From a virus, in IMG/VR virus record IMGVR_UViG_3300021400_000123, positions 1 through 48,469 of that record: a stretch of 48,469 nt of DNA; one strand, given 5' to 3'. Under the pieces are notes generated by a model, which worked only from the letters and a program-made list of their open reading frames with translations, was not told the origin of the DNA and ran no database searches. Numbering within the stretch: position 1 is the stretch's first letter; the number at the start of each line of letters is the position of its first letter. This document shows, piece after piece, positions 18,381 through 26,850 of this stretch. A program made the position numbers and the translations under genes.

Positions 18381-19518
18381 CGCAATAAAGAACCTCCCTG
18401 AGGTCAGCTTCATAGACGGAAAGACCCTCGATGATGTCCAGTCTGAGATGGTCTCCGACTATGAGAAGAAATACAAAGAAGTGACAGGAAAGAGCCTGAC
18501 GCTTCGGAGAGCTGACCCGGAGACATTGAAACTCTATGCGGCTTCGGTTCAGATATACCACCTGCTCCTTCATATCGATATGGCAGGAAAGATGGATCTC
18601 CTGAAATACGCATACGGAGACTTTCTGGACAACCTCGGAGCACTCCGAGGAGTCACAAGGCTACCTGCGTATCCGGCAAAAGCAACGGTGCGCTTCACGC
18701 TTTCCGCAGTTCAGGCATCCGTGGTAACCATTCCACAAGGCACAAGGGTATCGAATGGAGATATCCTCTACTTCGCAACAGATGAGGTGGCAGAAATCCC
18801 GATAGGGCAGACCTATGTGGATGTACCCTGCACCTGCCTCGATGACGGAGAAGTAGGAAACGGACAGATGGCAGGAACGCTCAATTTTTTAGTAGACAGC
18901 ATCGCATACATCGGTAGCGTCTCCAACACCGAAGAGACCACAGGCGGATCCGAAATCGAATCGGATGATGACTTCGCAGACAGAATCTACCTCGCTCCCG
19001 GCTCGTATTCGGTAGCAGGACCCACGGACGCATACATCTACCACACGAAGTCCTACAGTTCAGCAATCGGCGATGTGGAAGTATCCTCGCCTGATGCCTG
19101 CGAAGTGGAAGTCCGCTTCTTGATGGCGGACGCAAGTATGCCGACCGCAGGACTGATCGCAGAGGTTCAGGATTATCTCTCCGCAGAAGACAAGAGACCG
19201 CTCACGGATCAGCTGACGGTACTCGCACCGACCGGGCAGAGCTTTGATGTCAATGTGAAATATTACATCAACAAATCGAATCAGGACACGGCGGTATCAA
19301 TCCAGTCATCGGTCAATGCAGCGATAGCGGAATACATCGCATGGCAGACAGGAACGATAGGAAGAGACATCAACCCTTCAGTTCTTACCCAGATGATGGT
19401 AGCTGCAGGAGCAAAGAGAGTGGAAGTAACCTCCCCGGCATTCACTACGGTGCCGACCGGGAGCGTAGCAAGAATCAATAACCAGACAGTCACATATGGA
19501 GGGGTAGAGGATGATTAA
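18373..19518 (+). CDS. Baseplate protein J-like.
   Basis: The ATG at 18373 overlaps the gpW stop (ATGATTAA). About 381 aa, in the position between W and I. Confidence 0.82.
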   Translation: MINAIKNLPEVSFIDGKTLDDVQSEMVSDYEKKYKEVTGKSLTLRRADPETLKLYAASVQIYHLLLHIDMAGKMDLLKYAYGDFLDNLGALRGVTRLPAYPAKATVRFTLSAVQASVVTIPQGTRVSNGDILYFATDEVAEIPIGQTYVDVPCTCLDDGEVGNGQMAGTLNFLVDSIAYIGSVSNTEETTGGSEIESDDDFADRIYLAPGSYSVAGPTDAYIYHTKSYSSAIGDVEVSSPDACEVEVRFLMADASMPTAGLIAEVQDYLSAEDKRPLTDQLTVLAPTGQSFDVNVKYYINKSNQDTAVSIQSSVNAAIAEYIAWQTGTIGRDINPSVLTQMMVAAGAKRVEVTSPAFTTVPTGSVARINNQTVTYGGVEDD

Positions 19519-20413
19519 ACTTTCAGAAGGTGAACTCCTCGACCTCTTACCTTCGCAGCTGAAGAACGACACGGATATGATCTGCCTTTCATACGCACTC
19601 AAATGCGCAGTAGAGCGACTGCTCCAATACGAAAGACAGACGATGACCGACAACTTCATCGACAGCCTCCCGGAGAAGATACTGGATGTACTGGCAGTGG
19701 AGCTTCGAAGTCCGTACTACCTCGACAGCATGGATATAGAGACGAAGAGGAACATCATCAAAAATACATTGATATGGCATACCAAGGCAGGAACACCCTC
19801 TGCGGTTTCAGAGATGATCACTGCCATATTCGGAGAGGGATATCTGGTGGAATGGTTCGACTTTACAGAGGGAGACAAGACACCGGGATACTTTGACATC
19901 GTAACCAACGCTCGAATGACCGAGGATATCGTGGAGAACTTCATGGCGATAATCAAGAGAGTCAAGAACGAGCGAAGCCACATCAGGAGGATCCTGATCA
20001 ACAGAAAAGTGGAACACCCTGAATGGGTAGGATGGGGAGCGACATCCTCTCCGAAGAGACCGATCACGAATGCACCTGAAAGAGCCTCTGGCATTCAGGG
20101 AGAAGAAAGCACTGCAACGCAGGCGGTCTCATCCCCGAAAGAAGCAATCCTGAACGGATACCCGAAGAGGGAATCCGACACCGAAGGATATGAGTACGCA
20201 GGTGCTACGGCGATGTCCGCACCAAAGGAAACTATAGGGAATAGCACGACTCCGGCAACACGGTCGGTACAAAGAAGCGATAAAGCACTGGCAGCAGCGA
20301 TATCTTCTCCGCACATTCGGATCCTGAATGGCGGACTGAAGGAGGAGAGCGCACCAGAGCAAAAGCAGAAGGTAGCGGTCGGAGCCGTGTCCAATTCTAA
20401 AATAATTTTATAG
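19511..20413 (+). CDS. Tail protein I-like (baseplate/fibre attachment) with a repeat-bearing C-terminal half.
   Basis: N terminus LLDLLPSQLKNDTDMICLSYAL...LAVELRSPYY is typical of gpI/XkdU-type proteins. The C-terminal 125 aa carry 5 copies of an SSPK-x-x-I-x-N-like motif. Confidence 0.78.
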   Translation: MIKLSEGELLDLLPSQLKNDTDMICLSYALKCAVERLLQYERQTMTDNFIDSLPEKILDVLAVELRSPYYLDSMDIETKRNIIKNTLIWHTKAGTPSAVSEMITAIFGEGYLVEWFDFTEGDKTPGYFDIVTNARMTEDIVENFMAIIKRVKNERSHIRRILINRKVEHPEWVGWGATSSPKRPITNAPERASGIQGEESTATQAVSSPKEAILNGYPKRESDTEGYEYAGATAMSAPKETIGNSTTPATRSVQRSDKALAAAISSPHIRILNGGLKEESAPEQKQKVAVGAVSNSKIIL

Positions 20414-20431
20414 CAAGGAGGAACAGAAGCT

Positions 20432-20986
20432 ATGGCTGGAGTATTCAACCAAGCCGTCCTGACCAAGAAGGGAATCGCACTTCTGGCAAAAGCACAAGCC
20501 GGACGATGCACGATCAACCTCACAAAAGCGGTATCAGGTAACGGCACCTACTCGGCAAGTGAAGACTTGACAAGCAGGACAGCACTAAAGAGCCAGATGC
20601 AGGAATTCAGCATCAACACGGTAATCGTGCAGAACACCACGAATGTCTATGTCAAATTCATCATCACAAACTACCCGGACGCAAGCCACGCACTCGCCCA
20701 GGGGTACTATGTGAGAGAGATCGGCTTATATGCCACTGACCCGGACGAAGGAGATATTCTGTACGCAATCGCAACAGCGGTCACAGACCAGTGGGATTAT
20801 ATGCCTTCGTACAATAATCTCCTGCCTTCGACCATAACCATCGAAATGCTGACCGAGGTGGCGAACGCATCCACGGTCACCATCGAAGCACCGAACAAGA
20901 TGTACCTCTACGATGACAACACCGGGGAGAAATACCAACTCGGAGTAGAGGACGGATTACTTTATTTTGAGGAGGTAGCAGAATGA
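20432..20986 (+). CDS. Tail fibre N-terminal (tail-collar/DUF3751-like) protein.
   Basis: N terminus MAGVFNQAVLTKKGIALLAKAQAG...INLTKAVSGNGTY resembles the conserved N terminus of P2 gpH-type fibres. The stop overlaps the next start (ATGA). Confidence 0.68.
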   Translation: MAGVFNQAVLTKKGIALLAKAQAGRCTINLTKAVSGNGTYSASEDLTSRTALKSQMQEFSINTVIVQNTTNVYVKFIITNYPDASHALAQGYYVREIGLYATDPDEGDILYAIATAVTDQWDYMPSYNNLLPSTITIEMLTEVANASTVTIEAPNKMYLYDDNTGEKYQLGVEDGLLYFEEVAE

Positions 20987-22224
20987 GCAAAGTATATGTA
21001 GCAGACAAGGAGACGCTCGACAAAATCTATGACATCGTCTCCGCAGAAGGAGTCTACGGCTTCATCGAACACTGCGCCACGCTTGCACCGGGCAGCAGGA
21101 TCGAGTACATCGGCAAGAACGCAGACTACACACCCATCAGTGTGACCATGGGCGGAGGTTTCTCCCTTGGATCCTGGGGCGGCTTCTCCGTTCTGGCAAA
21201 TAACAAGCCTTGGATGGTAAACGCAGACGGAACACCCGACTACGAGTTAGACCCTGACGATTACACGAAGAAACTGGACGGATCGGCATCCGATGTCTCC
21301 AATACCTCATACGCAGGAGGAGCATTCTCGTGGATCTGCAAGATCTGGAAGAAGGAGTACATGGTAGGCGATGACCGCTATGTTCTCTTTTCAGAGACCA
21401 AGAAGGAAGGCTTCGAGCCTGTCGGCTTCATCGACAGTAACAACGCAGAACTCGAAGGAGTATGGCTGCCGATGTTCTACAACACCAACGGAACAACGAA
21501 GGCAACCTGCATCGGCGCAGGACAGCCGGAGGCAAACAATACTACGGCAAACCAGAAGACTGCCATCGATGCATTCGGATCCAGAGCGAAGTTCCTCGGC
21601 GGTGCTATCGTTGAGACTCTTCAGGATCTGCTCATCATGTGGGCGAAGACCACAGACCTGCAGGGAGCATACGGCAAGGGCAACTGCTCCGGCTATGTGA
21701 ATGACGCAACCCAGAACTACGGTGTTCTTGCGAATGCAGTAGTAGGCGGCGGACAGTTCTACGGCACCACAGACGGAACATCCCTCAATAAGATCCTGCA
21801 CTCCATCGTCCTGGGCACTTATCAGCAGTGGATGAGAGACCCTTACACCATCTGCGTAAGCGGCAAGCTGAAGGTTTCCAAGAACTACGCATATGACCTC
21901 GGAGCTTCAGGGTATACCGACACAGGAGTGAACTACGATGAGGTAGCAGATACCTCATGGCATTATCCTCACAAGTATAAGACAGTCGCAGGCTTCGGTT
22001 CAGTTCCTTCTCTTCCGCCTTATAACGGCTCTACTGCACTCGGCGGATGCGATGGCTTTATCGTAAACAGGAGCATCACGGCGGTCGCCATTCGGTTCGG
22101 TACTTGCCGCCATGGCCTCTTTGATGGGGTTCGTGCTTTGAATTTGTGCGACACTGCTACGACTGCGGACTGGTACCTCGGCTCGGCCGTTCTTCTCCTG
22201 CCACCTGTCGGCGTAGCCGCATAG
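20983..22224 (+). CDS. Tail fibre/receptor-binding protein, the DGR target gene, with the variable region at its C terminus.
   Basis: 413 aa. The last roughly 48 codons contain the VR, which matches the downstream TR except at TR adenines. Confidence 0.88.
   Translation: MSKVYVADKETLDKIYDIVSAEGVYGFIEHCATLAPGSRIEYIGKNADYTPISVTMGGGFSLGSWGGFSVLANNKPWMVNADGTPDYELDPDDYTKKLDGSASDVSNTSYAGGAFSWICKIWKKEYMVGDDRYVLFSETKKEGFEPVGFIDSNNAELEGVWLPMFYNTNGTTKATCIGAGQPEANNTTANQKTAIDAFGSRAKFLGGAIVETLQDLLIMWAKTTDLQGAYGKGNCSGYVNDATQNYGVLANAVVGGGQFYGTTDGTSLNKILHSIVLGTYQQWMRDPYTICVSGKLKVSKNYAYDLGASGYTDTGVNYDEVADTSWHYPHKYKTVAGFGSVPSLPPYNGSTALGGCDGFIVNRSITAVAIRFGTCRHGLFDGVRALNLCDTATTADWYLGSAVLLLPPVGVAA
22080..22188 (+). 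repeat. DGR variable region (VR).
   Basis: 109 nt that align without gaps to 22329-22437. There are 13 mismatches, all opposite TR adenines. VR encodes ...FGTCRHGLFDGVRALNLCDTATTADWYLGSA. Confidence 0.92.
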
Positions 22225-22227
22225 GGG

Positions 22228-22249
22228 GTCTGGGGGTCTTCCCCCAGAC
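22228..22249 (+). promoter_or_regulatory. GC-rich hairpin/cruciform element 4 nt after the target-gene stop codon: 9-bp stem, 4-nt loop.
   Basis: GTCTGGGGG-TCTT-CCCCCAGAC read directly. No U-tract follows, so it does not look like a simple terminator. Confidence 0.6.
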
Positions 22250-22309
22250 TAAACGAGAAGCAGCAATAGGCTATCTTTTTGTAACGGATTTATAAAACTT
22301 AACAGGGGG

Positions 22310-22631
22310 AAGGACTGCCGACACCAGGGGCGGTCGCCATTCGGTTCGGTAATTGCAACAATGGCCTCAATGATGGGGTTCGTGCTTTGAATTTGAACAA
22401 CACTGCTACGAATGCGAACTGGAACATCGGCTCGGCCTGTTTTTCTATCATTATGGAACATTAACCAAATGGCAGTCCTTAACCTACACCTCTGACGGAT
22501 GAAAAGCCGTTTACTCGCCATTACTGGAAAGATGAGTGAAAATGAATCCGATACAGGGTGAGTCATAAAGCGGTCGCACCTATGGCTCACAGGAGATAGA
22601 AGAAAAAATATCCCATAGGAGTAGAAGTTTT
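22310..22631 (+). ncRNA. Putative DGR template RNA: TR plus the downstream spacer up to the RT start.
   Basis: ORF-free. A 10-bp complement brackets the TR (22310-22319 AAGGACTGCC and 22471-22480 GGCAGTCCTT). The spacer contains a hairpin at 22558-22590 and a nested helix within about 22494-22549. Confidence 0.5.
22329..22437 (+). repeat. DGR template repeat (TR).
   Basis: A non-coding copy of VR. It has 25 adenines, many in AAY codons if read in the VR frame (...FGNCNNGLNDGVRALNLNNTATNANWNIGSA). Confidence 0.92.
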
Positions 22632-23831
22632 ATGCGAAAGAAGGAGGCAGAAGAGGCGATACAATCCTGCGGCTGCCAGAAGGGCATGAAACAATACAAG
22701 TATCTGTATCGAAAGATGCTCGATGAGCAGACCGTTCGGAAAGCCTATAAGAAACTTCGCAAAGGAAAGACCAAGAGGAAAGAAATACAATTCATTGACG
22801 CACACCTCGATGAAGAGGTGGCGAAGATGATAGAAATGATCAGAAACACGAGACCGGGCGAAGTCGAACACCCGGAACTCGCATTCGTACCATGCAAGAG
22901 GACTCCACGGTACATCCATGAACACGGAAAGACCAGGCGAATCTATATGCCGGAGATCCACGAGCAATGGCTACACCACATCATCGTCCTGATATTGGAG
23001 CCAATCATCACGGCAACAGCCTACCCGTACTCCTGCGGATCATTCCCGAAGAGAGGTGCTCACTACGGCAAGAGGCAGATGGAGCGATGGATAAAAAGCG
23101 GAGCAGGAATCAGGAACTTCGCAAAAATCGACATCCGTCATTTTTATGACAGCATCCAGGTCGGCATCCTGATGAGGGAGCTGCGGATCAGGATAAAGGA
23201 TGACTGGTTTCTCTACATCATAGAGCTTTGCTTCAGAGGGATAAGAAAAGGAATACCTCTCGGCTTTTACATAAGCCAGTGGCTCGCAAATTACCTGCTC
23301 GAACCTTTAGACAGGCTCGTGACAGAGACACTGGGAATCAAGAAATACCTCAGGTACATGGATGATATGACATTCTTCGCAGAGAGCAAGAAGAAACTCC
23401 ACGAAACCATCTCGGCAATTCGGATGTTTCTCGGTCGGAGGCTTAGGCTAAAGCTGAAGCACAACTATCAGGTCTGCAAGTTCGACTTCGTAAAGAAGAC
23501 CGGGCAGAGGATAGGAAGAGTCATAGACTTCATGGGTTTTGTCTTCTTCAGAAGCCGCACGGTGATCCGAAAGAGCATCATGCTATCGGCAACCAGACTG
23601 GCGAAGAAGATGAACAAAAATAAACAGAAACTGCGTGGATACTACCGAAAGCACATCGAGGCGATGATCTCATACATGGGATGGTTCTCCTGCACGGACA
23701 CCTACCACTGCTATGAAGAACACATCAAGCCACAGGTCAACATCGGGAACTTGAAGCGCATCGAATCAAAACTGCAAAGGAGGCAGAATCATGAAAGCAT
23801 GGAAACAGGAAAGATGCTCCGAGCAGCCTGA
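22632..23831 (+). CDS. DGR reverse transcriptase.
   Basis: 399 aa. It has the YMDD catalytic motif (LRYMDDMTFF), an LGFYISQ match to the DGR-type [I/L]GxxxSQ motif, and an N-terminal ...AYKKLRKGKTKRKE... segment. It lies directly downstream of the TR. Confidence 0.9.
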   Translation: MRKKEAEEAIQSCGCQKGMKQYKYLYRKMLDEQTVRKAYKKLRKGKTKRKEIQFIDAHLDEEVAKMIEMIRNTRPGEVEHPELAFVPCKRTPRYIHEHGKTRRIYMPEIHEQWLHHIIVLILEPIITATAYPYSCGSFPKRGAHYGKRQMERWIKSGAGIRNFAKIDIRHFYDSIQVGILMRELRIRIKDDWFLYIIELCFRGIRKGIPLGFYISQWLANYLLEPLDRLVTETLGIKKYLRYMDDMTFFAESKKKLHETISAIRMFLGRRLRLKLKHNYQVCKFDFVKKTGQRIGRVIDFMGFVFFRSRTVIRKSIMLSATRLAKKMNKNKQKLRGYYRKHIEAMISYMGWFSCTDTYHCYEEHIKPQVNIGNLKRIESKLQRRQNHESMETGKMLRAA

Positions 23832-24060
23832 AGAGCTTCAGGACATCGGAGGCGGTCTCTACATGGAGAGACGGAACATCACGGCAGAGAACCACGAAGC
23901 AGACGAAGCGGCAGGGGTGGAGGCGTATACCGACTATGTCTGCGAGAGCCGTGAAATCACGCAGGACGAGTACAATATGCTCAAGAGCATCAACGAGCAT
24001 AACGACCAGGAGGCTATCGATGCGTACACCGAGCAGCTGTTAGAGGAAGGAGTGATCTAA
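23791..24060 (+). CDS. Hypothetical acidic protein.
   Basis: AGGAGG lies 7 nt upstream of the ATG at 23791. The ORF overlaps the RT 3' end by 41 nt. 89 aa. Confidence 0.5.
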   Translation: MKAWKQERCSEQPEELQDIGGGLYMERRNITAENHEADEAAGVEAYTDYVCESREITQDEYNMLKSINEHNDQEAIDAYTEQLLEEGVI

Positions 24061-24061
24061 G

Positions 24062-24199
24062 ATGAGAACATTAGTACAGAGCCTGAGAAGGCTATACCTT
24101 AAAGGGAAGGTCACCGTGGAGAAACTCCAGAGCATGGTAGAAGCAGGCACTATCACCCAGGAAGAGTTCGACTACATCACAGGAGGATCTGTGGGATGA
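24062..24199 (+). CDS. XkdX-like small protein; below the ORF-track size cutoff.
   Basis: 45 aa: MRTLVQSLRRLYLKGKVTVEKLQSMVEAGTITQEEFDYITGGSVG. The C-terminal ...ITxEE(F/Y)xxITG motif is the XkdX hallmark. GAAGGAG RBS. Confidence 0.68.
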   Translation: MRTLVQSLRRLYLKGKVTVEKLQSMVEAGTITQEEFDYITGGSVG

Positions 24200-24393
24200 T
24201 GGGTGACGCAATCCGGGAGATTAAACTGGAACTCTTCGAGAGCCAGTCTGAAATCATCCGAATTCAGTCCGAAGTGATCGATGACTTATTCCGCCTCTTA
24301 GGTCAACACCTGGAGGCGGATGAACTCGACAGCCTGCCAGTCATAGAGAAGATAAACCGGGCAGCTTCGCTTCGGAAAGAACACGAACTATGA
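24196..24393 (+). CDS. Hypothetical protein.
   Basis: ATGA coupling to the XkdX-like gene. 65 aa, predicted helical. Confidence 0.45.
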   Translation: MMGDAIREIKLELFESQSEIIRIQSEVIDDLFRLLGQHLEADELDSLPVIEKINRAASLRKEHEL

Positions 24394-24411
24394 CAGGAAG
24401 GAGGGCTGACC

Positions 24412-24720
24412 ATGGAAGAGACGATATCAAGAAAAGAACATGAGGAGTTCGCAAAGCGCATAGACGAAGAGAACCACAGACAGAATCGCAGAATCGAAGC
24501 ACTTGAAGAGACCGTCCGTCAGATTTCAGACCTCACGGCCACGGTTAAGGAACTGGCTGTGAACATGAAGAATATGCTGACAGAACAGGAGAAGCAGGGT
24601 GTAAGACTTGCGAAGATGGAAAGCAAGGACGGCGAAATGTGGCGCACGGCTCTGACGCATATCCTCACGGCGATCATCGGTGGAGTGATTGCTTTTATTT
24701 TTGCGAAAATTGGAATGTAA
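24412..24720 (+). CDS. XhlA-like membrane protein associated with lysis.
   Basis: 102 aa with an N-terminal coiled coil and a single C-terminal TM segment (WRTALTHILTAIIGGVIAFIFAKI), as in XhlA. It lies upstream of the holin and endolysin genes. Confidence 0.68.
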   Translation: MEETISRKEHEEFAKRIDEENHRQNRRIEALEETVRQISDLTATVKELAVNMKNMLTEQEKQGVRLAKMESKDGEMWRTALTHILTAIIGGVIAFIFAKIGM

Positions 24721-24736
24721 AGGAGGGCAAAACATC

Positions 24737-24958
24737 ATGAAGAACATCCAAAACAGCAACTGGTGGAAGGCAGCAGGCATCAGAGCCTTAAAAACTGTAT
24801 GCCAGACAGCCATCGCCACAATCGGTACTGCAGCACTTGTGGAGCAGGTCAACTGGGTAGCGGTAGCAAGCGCATCCGCTCTCGCCGGGATCCTCTCGCT
24901 TCTGACAAGCCTTGCAGGAATCCCTGAGATTGAGAAGGAGGAGCAGAACAATGGATGA
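24737..24958 (+). CDS. Putative holin.
   Basis: AAGGAGGG RBS. 73 aa with two hydrophobic segments (RALKTVCQTAIATIGTAALV and VAVASASALAGILSLLTSLAGIP). It sits immediately upstream of the endolysin gene. Confidence 0.68.
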   Translation: MKNIQNSNWWKAAGIRALKTVCQTAIATIGTAALVEQVNWVAVASASALAGILSLLTSLAGIPEIEKEEQNNG

Positions 24959-25064
24959 GAAGGACATCACCAGAGAAGAAGATCTGAACGAAGAGGCACT
25001 CGATGAACTCTCTAACGGCAAAGGGGAAGATGAGGAAGATGAGAACTCCCCGAAGGGGTGACCT

Positions 25065-26480
25065 ATGACGAAGGAAGAATTCATAGAGAAGATCGCAGCA
25101 CTCATCATCAGACACGCACCGACCTATGGGATAGCCGTACACTCTCCAATCATCGCCCAGGCGATACTGGAGAGTGCATACGGCACTTCGGAACTTGCGA
25201 AGAATGCGAATAACTACTTCGGATTGAAGTGGCGAAAAGGCAGGTGTCCGAGTGCGACAGGCATCTATAAGAAGGTCGGCAGCGAACAGAACCCGGACGG
25301 CTCATACATAAGCGAACTTATGGAATGGTGCCAGTTCCCGGACATGGAAAGCGGAGTGAAGGGATACTTCGAGTTCACGAACATCCAAAACTACGCAAAC
25401 CTTAAAGGAGTGACAGACCCGAAGACCTACCTGCAGAAGATAAAAGCAGACGGATATGCCACTTCACTCAAATATGTGGATAACCTCATGGCGGTTATCC
25501 AGACATGGAATCTCACGAAATACGATAACAAGGAGGTGGACAAAGTGAGCAATAGTTCATTAGTAAATTACACAAAACTGTCCCCGAACCATTCAGGAGC
25601 GAGAACGCACAGAATCGACAGGATCAGTCCTCACTGCGTAGTAGGCCAGTGCAGCGTAGAGACCCTCGGTAACATCTTCGCTCCCAAAAGCAGACAGGCA
25701 TCCTGCAACTACGGCATCGGACCCGATGGAAGAGTCGGGATGTATGTCGAGGAGAAGAACCGCTCCTGGTGTACTTCATCCAGTGCAAACGACCAGAGAG
25801 CCGTGACCATTGAATGCGCCTCAGACACGAAAGCACCCTATGCTTTCAAGGATGCGGTCTACAACAGGCTGATAGACCTCTGCGAAGACATCTGCAGGAG
25901 GAATGGAAAGAAGAAGCTGCTCTGGATCAGCGACAAGGCGAAGGCTCTGGCATACGAACCGAAGAGCGATGAGATGCTCCTGACGGTTCACAGATGGTTC
26001 GCAAATAAGTCCTGTCCGGGAGACTGGCTCATGGCAAGGATGGATAATCTGGCATCGAAGGTAACCGCAAGACTCGGAGGAAAATCCGCAGGAGGTGGCG
26101 GTAATGCAGGGAGCATCATCTACAGAGTCAGGAAGACGGCAACGGACTCCAAGACGCAGATCGGAGCATACAAGGTACTGGAGAACGCAAAGAAGGCAGC
26201 GGATGAACATCCGGGATATGCGGTCTTCGATGCAAGCGGAGTGAAGGTCTATCCGATTTCGGAACAGGCGGTCACAACTGGTACCAAGCCATACACAGTG
26301 ATGATCACCACAGCCGTGCTGAATGTCCGCAAAGGACCCGGAACGGAGTGCGGCATCGCTACGACAGTCCGCAAGGGAGAAATCTACACCATCGTGGAGG
26401 AATCCTCAAACGGCAAATGGGGCAAGCTGAAGAGCGGAGCAGGGTGGATATCCCTCGCTTATACCCAGAGGAGCAAATAA
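25065..26480 (+). CDS. Multidomain endolysin: N-terminal glucosaminidase (GH73-like), central N-acetylmuramoyl-L-alanine amidase, and C-terminal SPOR-like and SH3b-like wall-binding domains.
   Basis: Motifs read directly: AQAILESAYGTSELAKNANNYFGLKW for GH73; RISPHCVVGQ...ASCNYGIGPDGRVGMYVEE...NDQRAVTIECA for the amidase_2 type; LNVRKGPGTECGIATTVRKGEIYTIVEE...WGKLKSGAGWISLAY for SH3b. Confidence 0.88.
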   Translation: MTKEEFIEKIAALIIRHAPTYGIAVHSPIIAQAILESAYGTSELAKNANNYFGLKWRKGRCPSATGIYKKVGSEQNPDGSYISELMEWCQFPDMESGVKGYFEFTNIQNYANLKGVTDPKTYLQKIKADGYATSLKYVDNLMAVIQTWNLTKYDNKEVDKVSNSSLVNYTKLSPNHSGARTHRIDRISPHCVVGQCSVETLGNIFAPKSRQASCNYGIGPDGRVGMYVEEKNRSWCTSSSANDQRAVTIECASDTKAPYAFKDAVYNRLIDLCEDICRRNGKKKLLWISDKAKALAYEPKSDEMLLTVHRWFANKSCPGDWLMARMDNLASKVTARLGGKSAGGGGNAGSIIYRVRKTATDSKTQIGAYKVLENAKKAADEHPGYAVFDASGVKVYPISEQAVTTGTKPYTVMITTAVLNVRKGPGTECGIATTVRKGEIYTIVEESSNGKWGKLKSGAGWISLAYTQRSK

Positions 26481-26535
26481 CGGTTCGGATGCCGCACTGT
26501 AGCCATGCACGGTGTGGTGTTTGAATAAATAAAGA

Positions 26536-26571
26536 GGCGGCAAGGAGTAAAATCCTGCCGCCTTCTTTTTT
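26536..26571. terminator. Bidirectional rho-independent terminator between the convergent late (+) and lysogeny (-) transcription units.
   Basis: GGCGGCAAGGA-gtaaaa-TCCTGCCGCC, followed by TTCTTTTTT on the + strand and preceded by an AAATAAATAAAGA run that gives a T-rich tract on the - strand. Confidence 0.7.
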
Positions 26572-26619
26572 GCTTGCTGACATCCCAGACTTGTGATATC
26601 ATGGCACACAAGAGGGGGT

Positions 26620-26850
26620 TTAAGGGGGTAAAACATCGCCCTCTTTTTTCATGAAAAAAATGTCGTAAACCTGATCCGCAGTCAGGCAATACCGATGAAC
26701 GATGACGCACATCTGCGGATAAGTAAAATCATGAACACCATGGAGAACCTGGCTGACATTCTGCCGGGAGACACCAAGGGCATCCGCCAGAGAAGTAATG
26801 GAATCGCCGTAGGCTTTCATTTCCTCCTGTAAAAGAACCACATCAAGCAT
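26620..26850 (-). CDS. Small HTH-type DNA-binding protein, one of the lysogeny-block cargo genes.
   Basis: GAGGAGG RBS 9 nt upstream of the ATG at 26850. HTH-like segment SITSLADALGVSRQNVSQVLHG. Confidence 0.55.
   Translation of the reverse strand: MLDVVLLQEEMKAYGDSITSLADALGVSRQNVSQVLHGVHDFTYPQMCVIVHRYCLTADQVYDIFFMKKEGDVLPP

Noticed and set aside
22249-22590. 113-aa minus-strand ORF covering the TR, considered as a possible Avd.
   Set aside because: It is antisense to the TR and spacer, has no RBS and its composition is not helical-bundle-like. The region is better explained as the DGR template RNA.
23791-24060. The 89-aa ORF after the RT, considered as an Avd substitute.
   Set aside because: It is strongly acidic and short, whereas Avd proteins are basic and about 110-130 aa. 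I kept it as a hypothetical protein only.
24951-25061. 36-aa acidic ORF between the holin and endolysin genes.
   Set aside because: It is too short and low-complexity (Asp/Glu-rich) to support, although its ATG overlaps the holin stop. I left it unannotated.
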